A DNA stretch of 64,000 nt from an uncultured Lentimicrobiaceae bacterium (GCA_964459375.1 CAYWLJ010000003.1:79236-143235), one strand, 5' to 3'. Positions 25,503 through 36,803 are shown, numbered from the stretch's first letter. Notes: generated by a model from the sequence alone, not told the origin. Program-made: numbers and translations.

Positions 25503-26147
25503 CTATTTACGGCCAAAATCGGCCGGAATCTCACCCCATTGAGCAGTGTCCCATTTCAGCAGGGCCACCTCGATGGGGTTTTCTTTTAACCATTTTTCGG
25601 CCCTTTCGATGACGGTAAAAAGGGCTTCTGTTGCCTCATTGCGAGGCAGCCTGCTTTTGGCTACGCCCTTACGCACCCATTTAATTGCCAGTTCCGAATC
25701 GGTGTAAACAGAAAGGTTTAGTCGTTTTTTTTTCTGCCAGGCCAGGGCATGAACAATGGCCAAAAACTCCCCGATATTGTTGGTGCCCAACTCCCATACC
25801 GGGCTGCGGAATATTTCGGTTCCGGTTTCAACATACACCCCGCGGTATTCCATCTTCCCGGGATTGCCGGAGCAGGCAGCATCCACACAAATGGCGTTGC
25901 CATCGGGTTTTGTGGCCAGTTGAAGGGTCGTCTTCTTCGGGTTCAGGGCTGGTGAAGCAAGCTGCGCACCATCTTCGTGCCCATGAGCAAAAGCCTTACG
26001 GGCAAGCTCAAGAGTGGGAAAACCCTTGTGCTTGGCGCCAGCATAGCCTTGCACCTGTTGCCGGCAAGCCTCCCAGCTCGTGTATATTCCGGGCTGAAAA
26101 CCCGACCATACAACATAGAATTTTGGCTTGTCTGATTTCTTTGGCAT
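25503..26147 (-). CDS. rnhA: ribonuclease HI with N-terminal hybrid-binding (viroplasmin-like) domain
   Basis: Start at MPKKSDKPKFYVVWSGFQPGIYTSWEACRQQVQGYAGAKHKGF (HBD). RNase H core DAACSGNPG ... TNNIGEFLAIVHAL ... YTDSELA. A -7 box at 26171 supports the ATG at 26147. Confidence 0.85.
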   Translation of the reverse strand: MPKKSDKPKFYVVWSGFQPGIYTSWEACRQQVQGYAGAKHKGFPTLELARKAFAHGHEDGAQLASPALNPKKTTLQLATKPDGNAICVDAACSGNPGKMEYRGVYVETGTEIFRSPVWELGTNNIGEFLAIVHALAWQKKKRLNLSVYTDSELAIKWVRKGVAKSRLPRNEATEALFTVIERAEKWLKENPIEVALLKWDTAQWGEIPADFGRK

Positions 26148-26170
26148 GCTTCGAAATAAGTCGATGACAT

Positions 26171-26178
26171 CAAAGATA
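26171..26178 (-). promoter_or_regulatory. candidate -7 box (TATCTTTG) for rnhA
   Basis: Plus-strand caaagata, 24 nt upstream of the ATG at 26147. Confidence 0.45.
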
Positions 26179-26214
26179 AGGACTTGCTTTGGGGATATCA
26201 AACCTGTTATGCCT

Positions 26215-26680
26215 TTACGCATTACATTTAAATAAAAGCCGGCTGAAATGCTCCATGCGATGAATGTCCACTTCGCCTGTAGGCTGCAAGGCCTGATAGC
26301 AAAATTGATCTCCGCTTGCATCCACACGGAAAAAATTGGCCCGCAAGCTCATGGGAAGCTCTGCCCGCAGCATAGAGAGTTCGTGTAAGGGAATAGCCAG
26401 CTCTGCAACCCATACTTTACATTGGCCCCGACTATTAACTTTCCCGTCAATCAACACCCGCGTCTGCGCACTACTCACGGCCTGCTCTACTTCGTGGAAA
26501 TGAGTGTGGAAGAATTTCTGCTTTCGGCCCGCGAGTCGGAGAAATCCACCGAGGGCTTCTGATTTCGGTAGCTAATTTGTACAAACAAGGGGCAAGAATG
26601 CCGCTAATTGTTCTTTTTAGTGACCCAGATTCCTGAATCGACCTTCCAGTCGTGGCCGAAAAAGCCTGATATTTCGACAC
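26215..26680 (-). pseudogene. remnant of a CBM9/DOMON-like carbohydrate-binding domain gene
   Basis: Only the C-terminal signature survives (ELAIPLHEL ... ANFFRVDASGDQFCYQALQPTGEVDIHRMEHFSRLLF). The frame is open from 26571 without a plausible start. The overlapping ORF 26471-26680 is in another frame. Confidence 0.3.
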
Positions 26681-26724
26681 CCTCCGGACCTTTAAATAAC
26701 CATTCAGACGTGAAAATCAACACA

Positions 26725-29100
26725 TCAGGAAAGGGCAGTGATGCCCGAGAAGTAATGATTCTGTACCGATGCCCTTGCTCCGGTCAGCCCTGTACCGCCT
26801 ACCATACCAATCAGGTTATCTTTGCTCCCGCTGCGCGGATAGACTACATAATAGCCCAGATCATCGCCTTCGATCAGCATATTTCCCAGCTCGAGAAAAC
26901 CGTTTCCGGCCTTGAATGGCATCTGGCTGCACAATGCTGTCCAGGCTTTGTTGTTGTCGGCATTGCCATACAGAATGATATTGCGCCCATCATAGCGACT
27001 GGCATCAAAAAGGGTATCGGCAATTACTTCGGGTGCGCCATTGGCCCGGTAAAGGAAGGCTTCGGCGTCGTACAGGGCTCTACGTGTATTCCAGCCTCGC
27101 TCATCACTACTTCCTCCCGTTCCATAAACAAGCACAAACTGATTGTCGAAGGCTGTTTTGAAGCCTCCGTTGCGCCCGGGGTGTTTTTCGACCTGCGGCA
27201 TTGTTCGGGCAGGCTTCCAGCGCCCGCCCTTAAGCACATAACGGCAGGCAACAGCAGGCATCCGTTGACCATCGATTTCAATGCGCCTTAATTTTTGGGC
27301 CTTGAAAGCCTCGTCCGAAATTGCCAGCCTTCGAACGTTTGAAGTGTTGAAAATCAGCTTGGATCGCTTCCTTACGGCACTTGCCCGGCTGATGGAGCCG
27401 TTGTACTGCTGCTGTTCGATGGTAAGCCAACCGTTAGTGGCATTGACTCCAATGTTGGCAGTGAGCAGTGCTATGGTGTCGCGCTCAGCTATTGGTCTAA
27501 GACGATGTTTTCTTAGGAAATCGAACAAAGGAGGCCAATCCATGCTTTCATCGCCGTACCAGTGGGTACCGCCCGGATACTCGTAATAAGTCATGTCAGG
27601 ATGCGAGGGCTCAAGCATTTCTCTCATTTTTCGGGCTTGTTGAACTGGAACCACCTTGTCGGCATCGCCATGAAGCACGTACAGTGGTGTTTGCCGATAA
27701 TTCTCCAAAAAATTGAGCATGCGGGCGTGCAGGGATGAGTTATAAATCGTTCTGAATTGGGGATGTTCAAAGAATGCCGTATCCGAACCAGTGCGCCGGT
27801 AGGCAATGATGTCGGGGTAACCGGCAGCCGGGGCCATGGCAGCAAATATCCCGGGAAACGTGCCTCCCATCACCCAGGTGCCGTGTCCGCCCATGCTGTG
27901 GCCTGTTACATAAGTGCGAAGGGTGTCGGTGTTCAGCAGCTTCCGGGCCTGATCCAGCACCTCAAAAGCGTCGAGCCTGCCCCAGTCCTCCCAGTTGAAA
28001 CCAAAAGGTCTTCGGTTGGTGGGTGCCACAAGGTGTGTCCATTCTTTTTGTTTGTAAGCCCTGATCTGGTTGGTGGCTTCCACCGAAGCGCCGTGAAGCG
28101 ACAAAACAAGCGGTTGACCCGGATTGCTGGCGAATGATGGTAAAAGGCTGAAATATTGCACGCTTCCATCTATCTTGCTTATAAAAGTGCGATCGTGATG
28201 ACTATTCGGATCTTGTACTTTCAAGAAAACGACGACCTGATGTATCAGGCTGCCATCGGCTCCGAGGAGCTCTATCCTGGCCTCGATTTTATCACCATGC
28301 GGAGGATTTGCCGGCTCAGGTATTTCCAGCGGCACTTTGCGCTGACTCATGGCAGGAACGCGTACCACTGCACTTTCGGAAGTTTCGCCCTCCGGCAGTA
28401 TAACACGGATGCTAAGATGCGTGAGGTCGTTGGTGGTTGCATTGAGCAGACGAATAGCCCCCGGGGCTTTTCCGGCTTGTCCGGTGAGGATCGGAGGCAG
28501 GGTCATGTCGCGTTTGATGAGCATTATAGGCTTTTCAGGTTCGACAAGAGCTGCCTTGAGTCGTTGAAAACGTCCATATGAAAATAGAAACTCATTCGTT
28601 CCGGCATTCAGTCGGATAGGTTGAACTGTGTATCCATAATCATAATGATCGCCTTCGAACGGGAGTCCGTTCACCATGGCCATGGTATGGCCTGTGGCAT
28701 CAAGCAGCACCACTTTTTCCACAGGGCTGTCGTAACGCGCATATAGCCAGCCCCTTTGCATACCCATGAACAGATGACTGGTGTCGGCAACCACACTGGT
28801 CCAACGCAATCCGGTTGCTCCCTGCGGGAAGTTGGCCATCACGGTATCGCCATCGACAGGTGACACCCATTTACTGGTTGCCAACTGCCAGAGTATCAGA
28901 TCCTGATTACCTAGCAACATGCCTGGTTGGATAGCCTCGTTGAGCATCAGGCCTTGACCGAAATGGTGCAAAATACGACCCTCCGCGGTGGTTTCAACCC
29001 TTTCCTTGCCAAAATACTCCACCACATTGCCCTGCTGCTGTGCCTGAACGGCATACACCGACAGAATCAGGAACATCAATAACACCAATTTTAATTTCAT
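26725..29100 (-). CDS. secreted alpha/beta-hydrolase (prolyl-oligopeptidase/esterase-like) multidomain protein
   Basis: 791 aa. Signal peptide ...VYAVQAQ. Nucleophile elbow GHSMGGHG, later HGDADKVVP. Large N- and C-terminal beta-rich extensions. Confidence 0.7.
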   Translation of the reverse strand: MKLKLVLLMFLILSVYAVQAQQQGNVVEYFGKERVETTAEGRILHHFGQGLMLNEAIQPGMLLGNQDLILWQLATSKWVSPVDGDTVMANFPQGATGLRWTSVVADTSHLFMGMQRGWLYARYDSPVEKVVLLDATGHTMAMVNGLPFEGDHYDYGYTVQPIRLNAGTNEFLFSYGRFQRLKAALVEPEKPIMLIKRDMTLPPILTGQAGKAPGAIRLLNATTNDLTHLSIRVILPEGETSESAVVRVPAMSQRKVPLEIPEPANPPHGDKIEARIELLGADGSLIHQVVVFLKVQDPNSHHDRTFISKIDGSVQYFSLLPSFASNPGQPLVLSLHGASVEATNQIRAYKQKEWTHLVAPTNRRPFGFNWEDWGRLDAFEVLDQARKLLNTDTLRTYVTGHSMGGHGTWVMGGTFPGIFAAMAPAAGYPDIIAYRRTGSDTAFFEHPQFRTIYNSSLHARMLNFLENYRQTPLYVLHGDADKVVPVQQARKMREMLEPSHPDMTYYEYPGGTHWYGDESMDWPPLFDFLRKHRLRPIAERDTIALLTANIGVNATNGWLTIEQQQYNGSISRASAVRKRSKLIFNTSNVRRLAISDEAFKAQKLRRIEIDGQRMPAVACRYVLKGGRWKPARTMPQVEKHPGRNGGFKTAFDNQFVLVYGTGGSSDERGWNTRRALYDAEAFLYRANGAPEVIADTLFDASRYDGRNIILYGNADNNKAWTALCSQMPFKAGNGFLELGNMLIEGDDLGYYVVYPRSGSKDNLIGMVGGTGLTGARASVQNHYFSGITALS

Positions 29101-29382
29101 TACGTCCTTGGTTTTGATCGGGTAAAGTTACTGAAACGATTTAGTGGAAAAACCTTTTATCACAGCTGTTTATAGGAGTTGCTCCGAAAAAAGCGCGCTG
29201 AGCTATCAGGCTGAATTTTAGATTATTTACTTCATGTAGTCTGATAATAGGTCACTTAATGGACAGAATACCCAATCTGGAATGTTTAGTGTTTGCTATG
29301 CGTATTATTCCATCAACTACATCCATAAGCAAATGGTTATATATTACCCCAAACAATTCTTGCAACACATTAATCCATTGTT

Positions 29383-29390
29383 TAATTTTG
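29383..29390 (+). promoter_or_regulatory. candidate -7 box (TAATTTTG)
   Basis: 39 nt upstream of the ATG at 29429. Confidence 0.4.
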
Positions 29391-29428
29391 AAGAAAATAC
29401 GTCTTTCGATATTTAAAAAGCTGCAGGC

Positions 29429-31941
29429 ATGAATGTTGGCGAGCCAGCTAGTTCATTGATGATTAATGCTTTGCTGCTTTTCTTTCTGGCATTGTATTTT
29501 TTCAGAAAAAAGGCAGAACCCTTTGCTGAAATATTATTGTTGTTAATGCTGGCTGCCGGCTGGTGGTCATTGTTTTACGGCTTTGAACTAACGGTAAAGA
29601 ATGAGCGTTTTCTGCATTTGTTGTTTTCGGTTAAGTATCCCGCTGTTTTTACCCTTCCGGTATTCTGGCTCATATTTTCTATCAGGCTAACCGGTTACAA
29701 ACCTCCCGAAAAGTTCCACATAAGCTGGCTGTTTCTGTTGCCTATCATCAACTGGATCCTGCTTCTGAGCAATCCGAACCATCATCTTTTTTATAAAAGC
29801 GCCAGCATTTCAACAACCTCCACTTATAGCTATGTGGAGTTTGATCCCGGTCCGGCTTTTATTTTCAGCCACTTCATTTACTCAAACATCATAGTTGGAG
29901 CAGGTCTGGTGTTGCAGCTCAGAGCCTTTGCCCTGACAAAGGGAATTGCACGCAACAAGCTATCAGTCATGATTTTAGCGGTCACATTACCATTCATTTT
30001 GAACTTTGCATGGATTTTGGGGTTCAGGCCGTATGGTTTCCTTGATACCACACCATTTGGATTTACCATACTAGGCATTCTGATTGTTGCAGTGTTCGAC
30101 CGCCTCTCCGAGTTTGAACTGAGACCCCTAATACTCGACAGCCCGCTCGAACATCAGCCTGATGCACTGTTGGCCACAGACGTACAGTCCTCACGTTTGC
30201 TGTATTCCAATATCCTTGGAACTAAACTTTTCGAGTTGCTTTCATCTCAGAACGGCATTAGGCATGGCCTCGAGTACCTAAGTAAAATGCGTAACAATTA
30301 CGGGGTTTCGATCGGCAACAGGCATTATCAGGTGCTGGTTAAGGATTTCGACGAAGGTGAGGCTGGCCGCAGGCTGAAGCTTTTCAGCTTTAGGGATGTG
30401 AGCGAACTGAAACAACACGAGACTAACCTGTCGGCACTTACACAATTAACAACAACATTTGGAAACGATGCCATTGAGAATATTGGTAAATTATTAGCCA
30501 TATTGGGGGAGATTTTCGGTGCAGACGCTTGTTTCTACAATAAAAAAGTTGGCCCAATGCTGATTACGGAGACATCGTGGAATGCCCCTCCCGGTTATCA
30601 GGATGTTGACAGGGCCGAAAGGCATATTTGTAACGATGGATTATTCAGAACAGACCGGAGCTTGTTATCCAGATCAACCTGAAGCAATCATCGTATTTTC
30701 ATACCGCCCCCAATGTTCGCCGCTAAGAACTCGATTCCTATCTTGGGGTGGTTGTACGCAATGAAGGCAAGCCTATCGCCACTCTTTGTCTGGTCTTCGT
30801 TCAAGAGCGTGATTTTACCGAAAACGAGCAGCAATTTCTCAACCTGATTTCTTTTGTGGTTGCAAACGAGGAATCCCGTCAAATTCAATTGCAAAAGCTC
30901 AACGAAGCCAAAGTTAATCTGAGGGCAATACTCGAGAACTCACTCGACAGCATCTGGTTGGTGGACAGTGAGTTTCGCAATACCTATGTGAACGAGGTCT
31001 TCAAGGCAGCATACAGTAGTACATTCAACATCGAGCTTTCTGAAGGAGTGCGCATCATCGACACTTTGCCCGTATCCCTGCAGCCTATCTGGCGCAGCCG
31101 TTATGAACAGGCGCCGAAAGGGGAGCATTTTATTTTTCTCGACAGTGTGCCGGTCAGCAATGACTTAACTTTTTATATCGAAGTTTCAGTGATGCCCATT
31201 ATTGTTGAAGGCAGGGTTTCAGGCATATCTTTCTTCGGGCGCAATATAACTGACAAATACCTGGCTGAACAACGCCTCAGGCAAAGCGAGCAGCGCCTTG
31301 CCGAACTCAATGCAGCAAAGGACCGTTTGTTTTCAATCATCAGCCATGACCTAGTCAGTCCGTTCAACAACATCATTGGCCTTAGCGAAGTGATCGAAAG
31401 GATGGCTGATGAGGCTGGCAATCAAACCCTCCGTGAGTACGCAGCAAGCATTCTGCGGGTATCAAAGAACACCTTTGCCATGCTCGAGAACCTGCTGCAC
31501 TAGTCTCGCGCTCAATCAGGCAAGATGCAGTTGTTACCCGTGGTGGTATCTTTGACCGAAGTTGTTTCGCAAGAAATTGAATTCCAGCGTCATCGGCTTG
31601 ATCAGAAGTTGATAAACGTTGTCAACAAAGTGGATTTCGGACACGCTGTTATGGCTGATGCCCTTTCGGTGGCCGTGAAGGTACGAAACCTCATTTCGAA
31701 CGCCATCAGGTTCAGCTACACTGAGGGCGAGATCGTTATTCAGACTGAAAAGCTGGATGGAAATGTGCTGCTCAGGGTGCAGGATTATGGTTGTGGATTC
31801 AGTGTTGAAGATCAAAAATCGCTTTTCCAGATTGACAGGCACCCAAGCCGCAGAGGCACGCAAAACGAAACAGGAACAGGTCTTGGTCTGATGCTCTGTA
31901 AAGAGCTGTCCGAAAAAAACGGCGGGCACCTATTGGTCTAA
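29429..31941 (+). pseudogene. sensor histidine kinase (7TM-GAF-PAS-HisKA-HATPase) with one frameshift and two nonsense codons
   Basis: ORFs 29429-30682, 30748-31503 and 31525-31941 together spell one kinase: GAF ...SYLGVVVRNEGKPIATLCLVF, H-box SIISHDLVSPFNNIIGLSE, HATPase NLISNAIRFS / GTGLGLMLCKEL. Lesions are a frame change near 30640, TAA at 30724-30726, and TAG at 31501-31503 in LENLLH*SRAQSGKM, where kinases normally have Trp (TGG to TAG). Confidence 0.75.
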
Positions 31942-32039
31942 AGCCGCACTGGCAAAGGAAGCACATTCACCCTTGTGCTCAGGGCGGCATTAGCAAACAG
32001 CTGAAAAGCTTTTCAATTTCAACAAAATTGAACCAATTT

Positions 32040-33851
32040 ATGAGAATAAAAGCCCACAATCCGTTCATCCCGTTTGTTTTGCTGATTTGGCACACATTAT
32101 GCCCGGCACAGGACACAACCAGTTGGCAAACCTTAAGGCAACGAGAATACCCCAAGTGGTTTACCGATGCCAAGCTCGGTATTTTTATTCATTGGGGTGT
32201 TTATTCGGTGCCTGCCTATGGCAGTCCTGAATCATATGCCGAATGGTACTTGCGCGGTTTGCAGACCGGGGCACCGCTCAGGGTTGAGTTCATGAAAAAG
32301 AACTTTGGCAACAACTTCACTTACCGCGATTTTGCTCCTTTGTTCAAAGCTGAACTTTTCGACCCTGAAGAGTGGGCGGCCATTTTTGAACGCGCAGTGG
32401 AAAAATACATCATCCTTGTGGCAAAGCATCACGATGGGTATTGCCTGTGGCCCAGCCGTTTTGCTCCTGGCTGGAACAGTGTTGAAAATGGGCCTGGCAG
32501 CGATGTTGTCGGCTAACTAGCACAGGCTGTGCGAAAGCGTGGCATTCGGTTCGGGCTTTATTATTCGTTGCCCGAGTGGGATCATCCCCTTCACCGTTGG
32601 GACACCGATGCGCCCGACAGCATCGGTCCCTACGTACAACAGCACATGATACCCCAGCTGAAAGAACTCATAGAACAGTATAAGCCAGACCTACTTTTCA
32701 CTGATGGTGAATGGTTCAACACCGTTGAGCAGTGGCATGCCCGCGAGCTCATCAGCTTGGTATTACAACCTTGTTGGTCCCGATGCCATCGTTAATGACC
32801 GCTGGGGTCATGGGGCCGACATCGGTTTCATTACCCCAGAATACAGCGCTACAGCCCCCGACACGCAGCGACCCTGGGCTGAGGTGCGCGGGCTGGGTCG
32901 TTCGTTTGGTCTCAACCGCAACGAAAAACTTAGTGCCTACATGAGCAGCCGCGATCTGGTGCGGCGTTTTGCGTGGACGGTGGCACACGGTGGAGGCCTT
33001 TGTATCAACCTTGGTCCCGGAGCCGCCGGACATATCCCTTTGCTTCAACAGGAACGTGTCGAAGCACTCGGCCTATGGATCGAACGCAACAGCGAAGCGT
33101 CTTTGGCGCTGCAAGGTGGATCAGGCCAGCCGATTACGTTGATGTGGAGTTGCGTCGAACCGACACCTTGCTTCAGCTCAACTGGGTTCGAAACAGTCCC
33201 GGAAAACCCATATCCGAAGACCGCTTCAGTGCCGTATGGACAGGTTGGATCAGGCCCGACAGCACTGCCAAATACACCTTCAGCCTGGAAGCCGATGATG
33301 CCGCCAGCCTTTGGATCGACGAAAAAAAATGCATCGACACCCAACAACTGGAAAACGAAAACGCCGCCGAAGCCATGCGCCAGAACGGCACACCAACGCA
33401 TGAGGCAAGCATTCAACTCGAAGGCGGAGTGTTTTACCCTATACGCCTCACCTACCACGAAACTGTGCAAAACGCCCACATCAGACTCAGCTGGCGAGCC
33501 GGTTCAGGCGAGCAGATACCTGTTGGCAAAAAGAACCTTTTCGCCCATCGCGACCTCAGCAAGGGCGATGGCCTGAATGCTGTTTACCGATCGAAACAGC
33601 CAAACATCGTTTACACCGCTAATCAAGGCAATGTTTATGCTGTTGTGTTTGGCTGGCCGGGGAAGAGCTTGCAGATGATGATGAGCCAACCACCCCGTAA
33701 GATGAAAGTGTCGCTGCTTCCCAACAAGAATTCCCTGCCCTGGCGCTGGAAAAACGGCATACTGACCATCGACCTGGGTAAGTCCGCCTGCCCGACTGGT
33801 GATGATGTGGATACATGGGTATTCCGGATGGAAAGCGTGGCCACGCCCTGA
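32040..33851 (+). pseudogene. GH29 alpha-L-fucosidase with C-terminal PA14-like domain, disrupted
   Basis: GH29 motifs GIFIHWGVYSVPAY, VAKHHDGYCLWPS, IRFGLYYSLPEW, VNDRWG, GGLCINLGP lie in three frames. In-frame TAA at 32514-32516 (DVVG*LAQAV). 1-nt insertion near 32757 and 1-nt deletion near 33100. PA14-like FSAVWTGWIRPDSTAKYTFSLEADDAASLWIDEKK. Confidence 0.75.
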
Positions 33852-33987
33852 GCCGGAGATCAGGTGTTTTTCATCCTCTGCAGTTCATATCATCGATTGA
33901 GCGGACAAAGAAAAGGCATCCATTTTGACCAATCACCGCAAAATCGTCACCTCAACCTTTGCCCACCACTACTTAACCCAAAATTTC

Positions 33988-33995
33988 TATCTTTG
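33988..33995 (+). promoter_or_regulatory. candidate -7 box (TATCTTTG) for the oxidoreductase-cys operon
   Basis: 26 nt upstream of the ATG at 34021. Confidence 0.45.
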
Positions 33996-34020
33996 CTAAC
34001 CAACGAGAAGCACATTCATA

Positions 34021-34968
34021 ATGTCGCAGCAAGCAAGTCCACTGCATTTTGCCCTCATCGGTGCTGCCGGCTACATTGCCCCCCGGCACATGAAAGCCAT
34101 CCGCGATACAGGAAACACCCTTGTGACTGCCTTAGATCCTTTTGACAGCGTGGGCATCATCGATAGTTATTTTCCCGAAGCCCAGTTCTTTACAGAGCCT
34201 GAGCGCTTCGACCGTCATCTTGACAAGCTGCGCCGCAAGGGCGATGCGGGAGTGGACTATGTAAGCATATGCTCACCCAACTACCTTCACGATGCCCATA
34301 TTCGGATAGCTTTGCGTAATCAGGCGCATGCCATCTGCGAGAAGCCCCTGGTGCTCAACCCATGGAACCTTGATGCCCTCGGTGAAATCGAAAAAGAAAC
34401 GGGCAAACGCATCTACACCATCCTGCAGCTTCGTCTTCATCCCGCCGTGCAGGCCCTCAGGCAAAAAGTGCTGTCGGCGCCCCACGGTAAGGTGTTCAAT
34501 GTGCAACTCGAATACATCACCTCACGCGGCAAATGGTATCATTATTCCTGGAAAGGTAACCTTGAAAAATCAGGAGGTATCGCTACCAACATAGGCGTCC
34601 ATTTCTTCGATATGCTCAGCTGGATATTTGGTGAGGTGAAACAGAATGTGCTCAGGCAGCATACGCACGACCGTGCTGCCGGATATCTTCAGCTCGAAAA
34701 AGCTAATATCAACTGGTTTTTAAGCATCAATGCCGAAACCCTCCCCAACGAAGTGAAGCAAAAAGGCAAAACCACCTACCGCTCGCTCAGCATCGACGGC
34801 GAAGAATTTGAGTTCAGCGAGGGTTTCACCGATCTGCATACCCAGAGCTACAGACAAATACTCGATGGCCATGGCTTCGGCATTGCCGATGCCCGTCAAT
34901 CCATCAGCATGGTACACGACATCCGTGTTCAGGCTGCCCTACTCATGAGAACAACCAATCTCATATGA
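34021..34968 (+). CDS. Gfo/Idh/MocA-family NAD-dependent oxidoreductase (WbpB-like sugar dehydrogenase type)
   Basis: 315 aa. N-terminal Rossmann FALIGAAGYIAPRHMKAI. EKPL motif (AICEKPLVLN). Stop overlaps the cysQ start (ATGA). Confidence 0.8.
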   Translation: MSQQASPLHFALIGAAGYIAPRHMKAIRDTGNTLVTALDPFDSVGIIDSYFPEAQFFTEPERFDRHLDKLRRKGDAGVDYVSICSPNYLHDAHIRIALRNQAHAICEKPLVLNPWNLDALGEIEKETGKRIYTILQLRLHPAVQALRQKVLSAPHGKVFNVQLEYITSRGKWYHYSWKGNLEKSGGIATNIGVHFFDMLSWIFGEVKQNVLRQHTHDRAAGYLQLEKANINWFLSINAETLPNEVKQKGKTTYRSLSIDGEEFEFSEGFTDLHTQSYRQILDGHGFGIADARQSISMVHDIRVQAALLMRTTNLI

Positions 34969-35798
34969 AACAAATTACTCCCGAAACTTTCGAGCAGCTT
35001 ATTCTTGTAGGCATCAGGGCCGGAAAAGCCATCATGGAAGTGTATGCCACCAATTTTAATGTCGAAATCAAGCCCGACCAGACCACGCTTACACTGGCCG
35101 ACACACGTGCCAATGATATCATTCAGCAATTTCTTGCCCAAACCAGCATCCCTGTGATCAGCGAAGAAGGCCGCAACGTCCCCTGGCACATCAGGGAAAC
35201 CTGGGAACAATTCTGGCTGGTCGACCCCCTAGATGGCACCAAGGAATTCGTGCACCGCAATGGTGAGTTCAGCGTCAATATTGCCCTTATCACCAAACGC
35301 ATTCCTGTGCTGGGGATCATCTATGCCCCGGTGACCGATACGCTGTACTGGACCGATGGCTATGGCGCCTTCAGGCTGGATCATGCTGCCGGACAGGCCG
35401 AAGGAAACACCCACCTTCCGGCACTGCGCCGTCTGGCCTTGCAACTGCCGCTGCAACGCACCGACAGCGATTATACCATTGTGGCCAGCCGTAGCCACCT
35501 GACCTCCGAAACCATGAGCTACATCAACCGTGTAAAGCGCGAGCACCACAACATCCGCATCGTATCGCGCGGTAGCTCGTTAAAGATGTGTATGGTGGCC
35601 GAAGGACAAGCCGATGTTTATCCCCGTTTCGGTCAGACCAGCGAATGGGACACCGCTGCCGGTCACGCCATTATCCTGGCCGCGGGAGGTAAAGTAGTAC
35701 TGGCTGATCAACCCCAACAGGCCTTGACCTATAATAAGCCCGACCTACAAAACCCCTCTTTCCTGGCCTTCCCATATGAGAAAGAACATCAGCATTAA
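34965..35798 (+). CDS. cysQ: 3'(2'),5'-bisphosphate nucleotidase
   Basis: IMPase-fold motifs VISEEG, WLVDPLDGTKEF, and WDTAAGHAIILAAGG near the C-terminus. Confidence 0.85.
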   Translation: MKQITPETFEQLILVGIRAGKAIMEVYATNFNVEIKPDQTTLTLADTRANDIIQQFLAQTSIPVISEEGRNVPWHIRETWEQFWLVDPLDGTKEFVHRNGEFSVNIALITKRIPVLGIIYAPVTDTLYWTDGYGAFRLDHAAGQAEGNTHLPALRRLALQLPLQRTDSDYTIVASRSHLTSETMSYINRVKREHHNIRIVSRGSSLKMCMVAEGQADVYPRFGQTSEWDTAAGHAIILAAGGKVVLADQPQQALTYNKPDLQNPSFLAFPYEKEHQH

Positions 35799-35813
35799 AT
35801 CAGCGCTATAATA

Positions 35814-36728
35814 ATGGAACTGTACAACTATTCGCTCAATAACCTGCGCGAGCTCGAAGCCGAAGCCATCCACATCATCCGCGAAGTGGCCGCCTCGTTC
35901 GAAAAACCGGTGATGCTCTATTCCATCGGCAAAGACAGCTCGGTGATGGTGCGTCTGGCCGAAAAAGCCTTTTACCCGGGCAAGGCACCTTTCCCTCTTA
36001 TGCACATCGATACAACATGGAAGTTTCGCGAAATGGTGGAGTTTCGCGACCGCTACGCTACCGAGAATGGCTGGGAGCTCATCGTGGAGATCAACCATGA
36101 GGGCATCGCCGCCGGAATCGGTCCGTTTACACATGGCTCCAAAGTGCACACCGATGTAATGAAAACCCAGGCCCTGCTCAAAGCACTCGATAAGCACCGT
36201 TTCGATGCAGCCTTCGGCGGAGCACGACGCGATGAGGAAAAAAGCCGCGCCAAAGAGCGCATCTTCAGCTTCCGCGACCGCTTTCATCAGTGGGACCCAA
36301 AGAACCAACGTCCCGAACTGTGGGACATCTACAACACCAAAGTGCATAAAGGGGAGTCAATTCGTGTGTTTCCGCTGAGCAACTGGACCGAGCTCGACAT
36401 CTGGCAATATATCCGCCTCGAAAACATTCCCATAGTGCCCCTTTATTTTGCCAAAGAAAGGCCTATCGTGGAGTACGAAGGCACCCTCATCATGGTGGAC
36501 GACGAGCGCATGCCGGCGCATATTGCATCCAGAGCCACCATGCGCAGGGTACGTTTCCGCACCCTCGGCTGCTACCCTCTCACCGGTGCAGTGGAATCGG
36601 ATGCCGATACCATCGAAAAAATTGTCGAGGAAATGATGACCACCACCAAAAGTGAGCGCACCACCCGCGTGATCGATTTCGATCAGGAGGGCAGCATGGA
36701 ACAGAAAAAGAGGGAAGGGTATTTTTGA
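35814..36728 (+). CDS. cysD: sulfate adenylyltransferase subunit 2
   Basis: [43 protein letters not shown] is near-identical in pattern to enterobacterial CysD. 304 aa. Confidence 0.95.
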   Translation: MELYNYSLNNLRELEAEAIHIIREVAASFEKPVMLYSIGKDSSVMVRLAEKAFYPGKAPFPLMHIDTTWKFREMVEFRDRYATENGWELIVEINHEGIAAGIGPFTHGSKVHTDVMKTQALLKALDKHRFDAAFGGARRDEEKSRAKERIFSFRDRFHQWDPKNQRPELWDIYNTKVHKGESIRVFPLSNWTELDIWQYIRLENIPIVPLYFAKERPIVEYEGTLIMVDDERMPAHIASRATMRRVRFRTLGCYPLTGAVESDADTIEKIVEEMMTTTKSERTTRVIDFDQEGSMEQKKREGYF

Positions 36729-36803
36729 ATGTTCCGCGTTGCGGGTTATGAAGTTCAGGGTTTAAACCATCAGCCAACATGTTAACATAGAAATGAATTG
36801 AAA

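Noticed and set aside
25503-26147. RNase H with viroplasmin-like domain as part of a retroelement or retron
   Set aside because: There is no reverse transcriptase, integrase or ncRNA-like structure nearby. It has its own housekeeping-type promoter. HBD-RNase HI fusions are normal cellular enzymes.
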